From assembly GCF_006345805.1 (NCBI RefSeq), contig NC_043002.1, positions 42,470,001 to 42,534,000 on the forward strand: 64,000 nucleotides of DNA, given 5' to 3'. The notes beneath the pieces are model-generated. The model did not search any database and was not told the DNA's origin. It was given only the letters and a program-made list of their open reading frames with translations. The translations under genes were made by a program, and so were the position numbers. Numbering within the stretch: the stretch's first letter is position 1; each line of letters opens with the position of its first letter. This document shows, piece by piece, positions 1 to 11,045 of the stretch. Source of the stretch: Octopus sinensis (Eukaryota).

Positions 1-1544
1 CTAAATAGTATTTTTTAAGTGGTCTCTCTATTGTCAAGTCTAATGAACAATTAATTTGTCTTACTGATTTAAGACATATAATTCCAAATAGCAGTACTTC
101 AGCTGGACAATTCTCTCTCTTTCAATTAAAAAAACTTCTTTACAGCAGGTGATAGACATTTGCTGAATTGTCTTGAAAGTATAGTGTGTACAGTTTGCTG
201 CACTATATATTTCTTAGGTCTGTCTGAGTCACTTTTAATCCAATTAAAGCGAACTGATGACATTTTCCATATCTTCAATGAAACATTTCTGGATTTATTG
301 GAAACAAGAAAACAATAACACACTCTGGTGGTTTCCTGCTGATTTCTCAAGAATTTGAATTGATCATTAAAGTAGTCTCTGCTTACTTATCATGGTTTAC
401 TGTAACCATATCATGGTATCTATGTTCAATTAGTTGCACCTGGTCAGTAATAGTTAAGTGTTTTAAACATGTTGAAAGTACTGTACATGTGACAGGATAC
501 AAATAGTTGACCTTTTACCTGATAGCTTGCTACTCTGTTGTCTTTGCTTGCTGCCACATTTACTAAGTTACCTAGATAGACTTATAATTTTTGTTACCAT
601 ACGTACATGCATGCACACGCATTTTTCTTTTTTTTTATTGATAATTTTCAAAATATACTTTGAATGTGTTGAAAAACCTTATAAACACCTCAGATAATTT
701 AAGTGGCAGGAGGATTTTAAGCAAAAAAAAAAAAAAAAGAAAATACCAAAAGTTTGTAGTTATTCCTGGCAAAGGAAGTTATGTTTAGTTCCCCACTCAT
801 CAGTAGGTTAGCTATATCAAATAATATCAAACTTATCTGTTGTACCACTACTCCAGTGCTAGCCAAAGCACATTTGGCTGCAAGGATTTAAGATAAGAGA
901 TTCTCTGTTTGTACTCTCTGCTATCACAGACATTTACTTGCTTAAGGTCAAGTAATAAAGTAGTAAAGGAAATTGTGTGTCTGTGTGAGAAAGAGAGCGA
1001 GAATCAACCACTATTATTTCTTATGGTAAGATATCTCGGGTTTTATGATAAATAAATTTGAAAATTGCTTTCATTTTAATTATATCTTTATTTTAGCCAA
1101 ACTAAATTATAGTGCTGTTGCCAAATATTTTTATTTGTACAGTTGTAAATTATTTGATTTATTTAGTATCTTATATTGTAGGTTGATATTTTTCCAGAAA
1201 CCTATTATTGTTCCATTAAATTAATTGTTTTACACTTAAAAACCAATATGGTTGGGGAAGTGTTGGATGGAAAAATACATAGATATTGATCTGAAACTAT
1301 TAATTCCTACACTGTAACTATTACAGAAGCCATATTATCAATCTGGCTGTTATTAGTCTCATAGAACTTAACTGTTTACACTTAAAACACAAACATTATA
1401 AAAGTAATGAAACTTTCTCAAAAGTTCTAATTTGTTCAAAATTTATATTATTCTTGTTTAGGAATGATTTAGAACAAAATTTTGAATGTATGTGTATGAT
1501 GTATAACTGTACGTATATGAACATATGTTTTCGCATATCTATAC

Positions 1545-1860
<316 letters not shown>

Positions 1861-2145
1861 TTTCTATTTATTGTTACTGGAAGATATAGTATATTTGGGT
1901 TAATCCCAGTATTCACTCCTCCCCACAAAAAAAAAAATATGTAAAAAAGAAAATGTTGGAACATTTTACATATTGGATGGGATTAATTGCTTTTTTTCTA
2001 GATTTTGCCCTATGGACAATTTGAGCTCACCATTGTATGCTGACATGGGTCTCATCAGTTACACCCTGCACAAGAATATACAATAGTGAACTTTACCTAC
2101 CTATGATACTTATTTATAGCAATGTTGATTGGACCATTGTGATGA

Positions 2146-2190
<45 letters not shown>
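2146..2190. repeat. (ATT)n microsatellite
   Basis: Direct reading. Confidence 0.95.
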
Positions 2191-2192
<2 letters not shown>

Positions 2193-3473
2193 GAGCACAA
2201 ATCAATGCTTGTGGTAAGATATTAATAGCGCACACTTGACTGTTAAGTTCAATGCAGTGTTGACTTAGGTTGCTGCAATTCTCTATCTGAAAGCAGCTAA
2301 TGGAAGTAGAAAAAAATGTTGTTTGGCTATTCTCTAAATCTATTTGAAACAGCAAAAGTTATTCTAAAATGATATAAGAGAGAATATTATATAAAATGTG
2401 TGTTGATATGAGAGAGAGAGAGAGAAGTGGGAAGATTTTCAGATGACAAAAATTATTATTTTCATACATTTAGTGCCGAACAATGCAAGCTCATCATTGT
2501 CAAAATATGTTTCCATCATTTGAAAATATTAGTAATTCGAGGAAATAAAAATGGAATTTTCATGATTGCAGGCATATATTTGTGAAGTTTTCTGTTAATT
2601 ATTTTTAAGAATTTAATTGAATTTTCCTTTTTTTCTATGGATTGGAAGTGGGGGTGAGTGGAATAGATGATGGTGACGGAGGGTTGTTTATTGGTATGAA
2701 ATGCAATTAGCTCTTACATGACTATTTTCAACACCTTCCTCTGGCTATGAGGTGGTGGTAATGGCAGTGAGAAGGCTGAAATGCTCACTGATTCATTTTT
2801 CCCATTCCTCTCAATTCATGGTTCAGATTGTGCATGCATGCATGTGTGTGTGTGTATTCTGCATATATGTTCTGTTTTATTTAGCTATTCTAATTATTCG
2901 TGCATAACTCAATTTATACATATACACTCATTCAACATAGTTTTTTTTTTTTAATTATAATTTTTATTTTGCTATAATTTTTCCTTGATTAATTTTTATT
3001 GTATGTAATTTTTTTTCAAGTATTGTATGATGAAGTGGGAATGAGGTGAACTTGTTTATTAGAACATCTGCCTGTCTGATCAACATTTGCAATGTTACAG
3101 TTTCAATTGCTGCTATATTTGTCCTTCACATTCCACCATCTTCAAACTAAAGAAAGATTTTGGCTGTGTACTGACTGACTTTAGAATATGAAACCTGTCT
3201 AACATAATTTGCTTAATTATTTCTGTAATCCTGCTTTAAGGATGAAAATGTTAGAAGAGAAATGGTATGGTATTGTTATAGCTGTTTTGTTTCTTTAAAG
3301 AAACTCTTTTATATCAAAGAACTATAACTATTCTCACATAAAGATTGTTTGGTTTTACTTATTTACTTACTCCCTTAATTTAAACAATATTGTTATGCTT
3401 ATATTCATTTTGTTTTTGCTTTCTATCTCTTTCTTATTTCACAATTTTAACTTTATTTTCTCTTTCTTTCTAG

Positions 3474-4636
3474 ATTCCGATTCTGATGAAGTGGTAATTA
3501 TCGGCTCAGAAGGCTTAGATGATACAAATGACGGAGATGTTATCTTTGTATCACAGTACAAATCTTCTTCAGAACCCATTACCATAGATTGTACAACATC
3601 TAAAGAAGCAGAAAATGACAGTGCCAAAGTTGTTCATTTAAATGAAGAACAGCACTGTGAAATGGATGAAGATGATGTACAAGATATAAGTACTATTTCC
3701 TCAATTAAACTTGCAGACTTCTGTCAGCGTTCCAGTCAAATCTATAATGACGATAATGATCCCACAGATCAGCTTGTTATAAAGCCCCGTGACTCCCTTG
3801 GATCTTTAAGCATTGGTAATAACTTTGGTCTTTCTCTCTCGGTGGAAGAACACAATAAAACTCAATCAAAGCCAGTAATGGTTGTTGATGTTTCCCCAAG
3901 AATTGAAACTCCAATGGAAAATGATGGTGAGCCTTGTACTCATGAACTGAGTGTTTGTGATAAATGCATACCAGACAAAGAGGAAAATTCTGAATCTCGT
4001 ATGGATTTTAGGACTAATTTTGACAACACTGAGAATAAAGTGATCATGAAAAAAGAAGAAAATGTCTTGCCCCAAAACTCAGGAATTTGTAAATGGAATG
4101 TTGATGAGCCTGTTACGGATAATTGTTCTGGTCAAAAAGCCAGTGGTTTACAACTTCAAGAAGAAGAAGATAATGACACAAGTGTTACAATTACTCCTTG
4201 TAGCCAGACAGCTAATATGTTGTCATCAAAATATGATCCCTGCTGTTCTGATTCTTCATCAAATCCAAATCTTATTTATCATTGTATTAAAGAAAAGAAT
4301 GGCATCAGTGAACACCCTGTGGCTATGTGTCAAAAGCTGAAAACAAAATTCTGCCACTCTTCTGATCCTTCATCGCCAAACAATTCTCCGGATGTTACAT
4401 CGGTAATTGATCATGGCTCCCCTCGAAAGAAGCACATGTTAACTTCACGAACATGGATTCCAGCCTCTGTAATGGCAGAAGAGGATAATCAAAGAGCAGT
4501 AAAGAAAGGTGCTTGTGTAGCTTGCAAAGCACTGGTAAAAGAAGATGAAGGTTCATCTTGTGTTGATCACCATCTTACTTGTAGGGGATGTTTGGAGGAC
4601 AAAGTAAAAGCAGTTCTAAGTCGAAGATGTTTAGAG
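3474..4636 (+). CDS. Coding exon A: acidic/Ser-rich disordered region with SIM-like motifs, ending in the first six ligands of a RING (CVAC...CVDHH..CRGC)
   Basis: Lies within ORF 3395-4648. Polypyrimidine tract plus TAG acceptor at 3471-3473 (phase 1). Donor GAG|GTAAGT at 4636/4637 (phase 0). Confidence 0.88.
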
Positions 4637-5516
4637 GTAAGTTATTAGTTGCATGTAGTTATTTACCGCTCAGTTTTAAAATGCATAATGTGACTACAAT
4701 AACATTTCTAGATAAAACCATATCATTAATAAGATTACATTCAGTTTCTAAACTGCTTCCTTTTTGTTCTATTTCAATAAATTTTGAGCCACAGTAATTT
4801 GCTGATTATTTTTCAGTTGAAGTGTGACTGCTATTTTTTCTTGAAATACATGTCTCCTTGTAAGTGGCCTCTACTCTTTGGAGCTGGCTAGTTTCATGCC
4901 ACATGTGCCCAAAATCTCTAACCTCACTCCTTTCATCACTCATTTTGTGTCCACTTATCTCACTAGGTCCTCCACTTACAACTGGTTTCCTTAGAACATC
5001 AGGTCTTTGGACTTTACTGCAACTGTTAATTTACAAATGTTTCGTTGCTGTTGTTCAGCCTATCTTAGACGGCCTGTGAAAACCAGACCAAGTCATTAAA
5101 AACAGTATTGTATGTCAATGAAATTGTTACTAGGCTAACAAATAGCTGAATTTAAAGTCAATTAGATATGATGATGACTGTTACTGAGGTGCGGCTGAAA
5201 GTGTCAGACTAATTACTCAGAAAAACTGAGTGTTTAAATATCTAAAAACAATGGAGATGAGTTTGACAGGATCAGCTGATTGGACATATAGACAATGAAA
5301 GTCGGCGTGCATTTGGTCTTTAAAACCAAATGGTGATTACTCTATCTTGAGAATAACCACTGTTTAATGAGTATAAGCAGTATGCAATTTTAGTTTAATT
5401 ATCAAAAACAAGTAAATTTGTGATATTTGCAGTAGAATAAACACATAACACATGAAAAATATACATGACACCTTTCTTAAATGGCCATTGCACTTCAGTA
5501 TATAAATACGTATATC

Positions 5517-7090
5517 AAGATACACCTAAAAAAAATATTGCTACTGGTCCCTCACCAAGCTACTTCCCAACTTGCAACCTTTGGTGTAATGCCAAATCTC
5601 ATCCCAAAATTTCCTTTCAACTAACTTCCTGAAACCATTAATATAGATGCCACATGTTTCTGTGTTAACTTCTAAAACATGGTATGATGCCAAATCTAAA
5701 AATGTACTTCCTCACAAACACTTCTGTTAGTGTTTAATATGGACACTGCCATCTTTACTTTTGGGATTTGGACAGCGTGGCCACAAAAAATAAAGAAAAA
5801 GAAATAAGTTGGAAACCATATTGTTATGCTAGAAAACTTTCAATCTGCAGCAAACCAAGTTCTTGACAATGTTAAAGAATGTTTTTTTTTATATATATTA
5901 CAATTAAACTAATTTGAGAGGATATTTTAAAAATCTGTTTTATGTTTAAAGTTGTTATATTTATAATTAAAATTGGAAAAGACATGTCCAGGAAGTAAAC
6001 TATTGTTAATTAAAAGCACATGTGTGCTTGTGCATACATTATATTTACTCATGCAAAGTATACATGCTTTTAGTTTACATAAACATCTCTTTGCTAAAAC
6101 TTGCAAAAACACATTGCACATTACTATAGATAATTTATATTTCATAATTAATTCAACAACTTTTTTTTTTTTGCAATATTTGCTCTCTGGCATTTTCTTT
6201 TATAAACTAAAATAAATGGTATTAATACTGTTTTATAGTCACTTTGGTTTATATGGTGCTTTTAATCCCAGTCTTGAAACAATCTGATCGCAGTTGTTGT
6301 GTGTGTATGTGTGTTAACAGACTGGTAGGGTCAGAATATTAACTTGTTTTTGAAGGACAGAAACATAGACATACATTGATAGGATAAAATGTGTACATAG
6401 CTAGGATAAAATTGCTTGGAAATTAGTTCAGCAAACAAGATGAAGATAGTCAGAGACTATCCTCAAACTTTTTACATAGAATATTCTGTTTTATTTATAT
6501 ATTTACATAAAAATAATAGAATTTGACTCTACTCTGTGTGTGTCCAATATTATTGTGGACTACTTCTTAGATGTAAAGAGATTTAAGTTTCTTCTTCACA
6601 CTTTAATGCAAGCCTTTATGATATTTCTTTATATTTTACTATTTACTTTTTGATTTTTTTTTAATGTATTTTCTTCCTTTATAACTGTTAAAATGTGGTA
6701 AAAACATTTTGAATTGAACAGATGTCTCCATGATTATAATTTGCCTCTGTGTTTCCTAAGTGTTAGCCTAGATAGCCTATATGTACAAAAAGAAAAATAA
6801 CAGATCACTGTAGCAGATTTTGACCCCATGGATTATAACTCAATGAACCTACCTATTCAATCACAGTAATGTTACCTCAAATTCAAGATCCTTTAGTATC
6901 ATAGTAGAAATTTTTGCTGATATTATTATGTTTTAGAAGTTAACACAGAAACATGTGGCATCTATATTAATGGTTTCAGGAAGTTAGTTGAAAGGAAATT
7001 TTGGGATGAGATTTGGCATTACACCAAAGGTTGCGAGTTGGGAAGTTGCTTGGTGAGGGACCAGTAGCAATATTTTTTTAGGTGTATCTT
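5517..7090. repeat. Inverted repeat, ~164-bp arms (5517-5680 / 6928-7090), near-identical
   Basis: Manual reverse-complement comparison: two substitutions and one homopolymer length difference seen. Confidence 0.9.
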
Positions 7091-7516
7091 TGTGTCCATT
7101 TAAAAAAGAGGACAGTCAGAATTCTAAAAATGTTCCATTAATGTATTTGGAATTCTTGTTATGAAAATACCAATTGTTTGGAATGCCAACTTGGATTGCA
7201 ATCTCATAAAGAAATAAGGAAAACATTCTATAGCTGCTGCCTCTATTACTAGGGAAGAAAAGACTCTTTTTTCTTTCAGGTAGTAAGTATATTCTTGTAT
7301 TTGTTCCTTAGTGAAGTCATTTAATTTACTTTGTCACAAATTTCTGTGATAGGGACTATCATAATGTACATGTATGTGTGTTAATAGACTGGTAGGATCA
7401 GAATATTGACTTGTTTTTGAAGGACAGAAATATAGACATACATAGCAAAGATTAAATGGTTATTGTTTGGAAATTAATTCAGCAAATAAGATGAAGACAG
7501 TCAGAGACTATCCTCA
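6304..7516. repeat. Diverged direct repeat, ~150-165 bp (about 6304-6467 / 7371-7516)
   Basis: Shared tgtatgtgtgttaa.agactggtagg.tcagaatatt.acttgtttttgaaggacagaaa ... cagagactatcctcaa. Confidence 0.85.
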
Positions 7517-8246
7517 ATTGTCAATTTTACTGCCAGTTACTATCAAAGTTGACATGAGTTAGACCAACTATTACAAACTACAGGAAAATTCCAATCCCAT
7601 TACTTCTAAATAAATATAGTAAGTGTAACTGGAGAGAAAAATCTTTGGATTATGAAAGATTCAATACTTGAATTTCTAAAAGTAACTGATATGAGACATA
7701 GGCAATCTATCCAACTAGAGTTGTTTTTATTTATTTATTAAATTTTTGCGAGACTTTACCTGATATGCATTTAAACAATATCAATGAATATAATCTAAAA
7801 TAATATGCATTTCTGTTTATTGAGACAATCTTTTTTTACTGATTGTTAATTCCAATCTAAACAGGAAAAAAAACCTATTTAACATTAGTTAAATTAGCTT
7901 TGGCTAATTTATCTAGAAAAAAATTTTAGAAATTTGATTACCTAATCATTTTTTAAAATTATTTTATTTCCCACCTACACACACACGCACATACATGCAA
8001 GTATGTGTGCATGTTGAAAAAATGTATAATCATACTAGTCTTCTTATTCCAGGGAATTAGATTTATGTTTTGAATGGGATTGCAAAAAGCACAATAGTAT
8101 CAGCAAAAATTTCCACTATGTTTGATACTAAAGGATCTTTATCTTGAATTTGTGGTAACATTAGTGTGGTTGAATAGGTAGGTTCATTGAGTTATATTCC
8201 ATGGGGTCAAAATCTGCTACAGTGATCTATTATTTTTCTTTTTGTA
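6784..8246. repeat. Inverted repeat, ~145-150-bp arms (6784-6926 / 8094-8246)
   Basis: gatcactgtagcagattttgaccccatgga...caatgaacctacctattcaa is present as its reverse complement at about 8170-8230. Confidence 0.85.
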
Positions 8247-8982
8247 AGTGTGAATAATTGATAAGTTGCTAAGATCATCATCCAGCTATTAAAACAAACA
8301 TTGAAAGAACTAAGTTTTTAGTTATAGACATCTCCTTTCATATGCCAGTAAGAAAACAGACTCAATATAGACATATGAAGATATATGGTGTTCCAACTCT
8401 AGAATCAAGTAATGATTTAACTCTATTCCCCTGAACTGCCTAAAACTCTACTCTAGATAATCCTATACAAATGTTGGGCTGTATGTTATACCACATTGGT
8501 GTAAGGAAACACAGATCATGCTCCTATACATGTAAGACATCCAGTTGGAATTCTACAGAAAATCTAGGCTGGTTTGCAAGTTAGTGCCAATGCAGATTCT
8601 TTCCAAACTATTATTATTTAGGTGGATTTATATACTACCAAAAGAATCATGAGATTGTTTAAGATTTCATGTATGTTTTTTTTTATCTATATTCACAAGG
8701 ATTCTTCCTATATAACTTGTAAGTCATTGATTTGGTCACTTGCAATACAAATGTAATCTACTGAATAAATGCATATACAAATATATAAACAAGATTAAAA
8801 GTTGTACATTTATTTGTATGCAACAACTCAGGATTAAAAATTGAAAAATTATAATCTAGCTGAGAGAATTAAAGCATAATAATCTCGTCGACTGACATAT
8901 GCTATTTAATACAGTTTTCATAAAGAATCTAAACCATTATTCATTTATAATTCTTAAATAAATAAATTTTTATACTTGTGTG

Positions 8983-9021
<39 letters not shown>

Positions 9022-9120
9022 GAGAGAATTTAAATGTGTGTGTGTGTGTATGTATATATATATATATATATATATAATAGAGAGAATTTAAATGTGTGTG
9101 TGTGTATGTATATATATATA

Positions 9121-9518
9121 ATCTACTTGCAGTATTGCCCGGCGTTGCTCGGGTTTGTTTCGACTCTTTAGAATTGGAATTTTTGAAAAGTAAAAATTTT
9201 GCATTATGTAGCTTGTTATTCTCTTTAAGTGAACATTTTTCTGGTTGAAATACACCGAAAAATGGTGACACAGCAGTCAAAAAATTGTAAAAAAAACAGA
9301 TTTTCATAGAGAAAAAGCACCTTTTTGATGTAAATAATTTTTGGTGTTAACATGGTCCGATTTGAATTTTTTCTTCTACAGAAGGAAGAGCAAGCCTTCT
9401 TCTATCATACTCTCAATTTTGGTCAACTTGCGCCGCAGGGTTTCACAGGAGATAGTGTTAGTTGAAGGCTACCAAACCTGCCATACACAGACAACTTCAG
9501 CTTTATATATAGAGAGAT
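9121..9518. mobile_element. Putative non-autonomous Helitron/Helentron-like element next to (TA)n/(TG)n microsatellite
   Basis: One end reads tacttgcagtattgcccggcgttgctcggg and the other acacagacaacttcagctttatatatagagagat. These resemble invertebrate HINE/Helitron-type termini by recognition only. Confidence 0.5.
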
Positions 9519-9789
9519 GTGTGCACATGAGTATACACACCCTCATATAAATGCAAGTTGTTGCTATTATGTTAAACTGTCGTATGTCCAAATCTGACCA
9601 AATGCAGTTCTTTTGGTCAAACTATCATATCTCAAGCTGCTTCAGATGTCAAGATATCAAAAATTGTCAAAGTGTAGTACAAGTACAGTGGTTTTGCTAT
9701 GGAATGGTGAAACTATTATTGTGTTTTCTGAAAAAGCAACGTTGTGGACTTACGACACTTTTGCATAATAGCAACAAAGTATATTTAAA

Positions 9790-11045
9790 TATATGTAGTT
9801 AAATGCAAGCTACAGTACATATGGTTGGGAACAATATCAGAGGAAGGTTAACAGGGAAAATAGCTTTTGTATGTAGAAGATGCATAGGTACAATAAACAC
9901 CAAAAATGTACAGAAGATAGACTCCATTAACAGCCATTTGAGCCAGCTAGAGGTAGTAGATAGCTTCCGTTGTCTAAGTGACTAAGTTAGTAGCAGAGGT
10001 AGATGCTCCGAGAGCATAGCTGTGAAAATAAGATTTGGCAGGGCAAAGTCCAGAGAGCTCTGATCTCAGCTGGCAGCAAAGGACCTCGCTCTCAGAGTGA
10101 AAGGCAGATTGTATGATGCCTATGTGTAAACAACTATGCTACATGGCAGTGAAACATGGGCTGTGACAGCCAAGGACGTGCATAAGCTTGAAAGAAATGA
10201 AGCCAGTATGCTTTGCTGGATGTGCAATGTCATTGTGCATGTTCGACAGAGTGTAAACATCTTGAGATAAAAGTAAGGCATAAGAGGCATTAGATGTGGT
10301 GTGCAGGAGAGATGACTGCACTGGTATGGTTATGTGATGCATATGGATGAGGGCAGCTGTGTAAAGAAGTGCCAAACTCTGTGTAGGGAACCTGTAGTAG
10401 AGCTATACCCAGGAAGACATGGGACGAGGTGGTGAAGCATGATCTTTGAACTTTGGGCCTCACAAAGGCAATGACTAGTGACTGAGACCTTTGGTGATAT
10501 GCTGTCTTTGAGAAGACCTGTCAAGCCAAGTGAAATCATAGTTGTGGCTGATGCTGGTGTCACGTAACTGGCATCTGTGCCGGTTGCATATAAAAAGTAC
10601 CTTTCAAGCATTGGGCTTTACGGAGGCACAGTGGCTGAGCTTCTTTCGAGTGTTGGTCCTTGTGGAGGCACAGTGGCTGAGCTCTTTGCAAGTGTTGGGC
10701 CTCACAGAGGCCAAATGGCTGAGCTCTTTTTGAGTGTTAGGCCTCACGGAGGCATAGGAGCTGAGCTCCTTTTATGCATTGGGCCTCACGGAGGCAAAAG
10801 TGGCTGAGCTCCTTTCAAGTGTTGGGCCTCACAGAGGCAATGACAGAGGCCTTTAGCTTTATGTCACTCATGTTTGAGAAGCCCCATCAAACTGGGCAAA
10901 ATCGCAGTCGTGGCAGATACCTACACTCTTGGAGCAGTTGGCATTAGGAAGGACATTCAGTCATAGAAACCATGTCAAATCAGATTGGAGTCTGGTGCAG
11001 CTTTCCAGCTTTGGTCAAACTGTCCAACCCAATGATGATGATGAA
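9790..11045 (+). mobile_element. Decayed RTE-clade LINE, 3' part, with 42-bp minisatellite and (ATG)n tail
   Basis: Interrupted frames encode LEVVDSFR, RVKGRLYDAYV, MLHGSETWAVT, LERNEASML and RKTWDEVVKHDL. The 3' tail gttggcattaggaaggacattcag...atgatgatg is shared with the copy at 53-54 kb. Confidence 0.85.
10601..10840 (+). repeat. 42-bp minisatellite, ~6 copies, within the RTE 3' end
   Basis: gaggc recurs at 10623, 10665, 10707, 10749, 10791 and 10834. Confidence 0.9.

Noticed and set aside
126-350. 74-aa minus-strand ORF and an overlapping open plus frame as the missing first exon
   Set aside because: No suitable phase-1 donor or recognisable motif was found.
3021-3045. Possible small upstream exon containing ATGs (ttttcaag|tattgtatgatgaagtgggaatgag|gtgaac)
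   Set aside because: The frame needed to join exon A (phase 1) contains a TGA stop, and the donor is weak.
3395-3473. In-frame ATG giving a hydrophobic signal-peptide-like N-terminus (MLIFILFLLSISFLF...) on ORF 3395-4648
   Set aside because: This stretch is the T-rich polypyrimidine tract ending in the TAG acceptor at 3471-3473. Hydrophobic translation is expected from T-rich DNA, and the rest of the protein looks intracellular. An alternative start cannot be fully excluded without 5' RACE.
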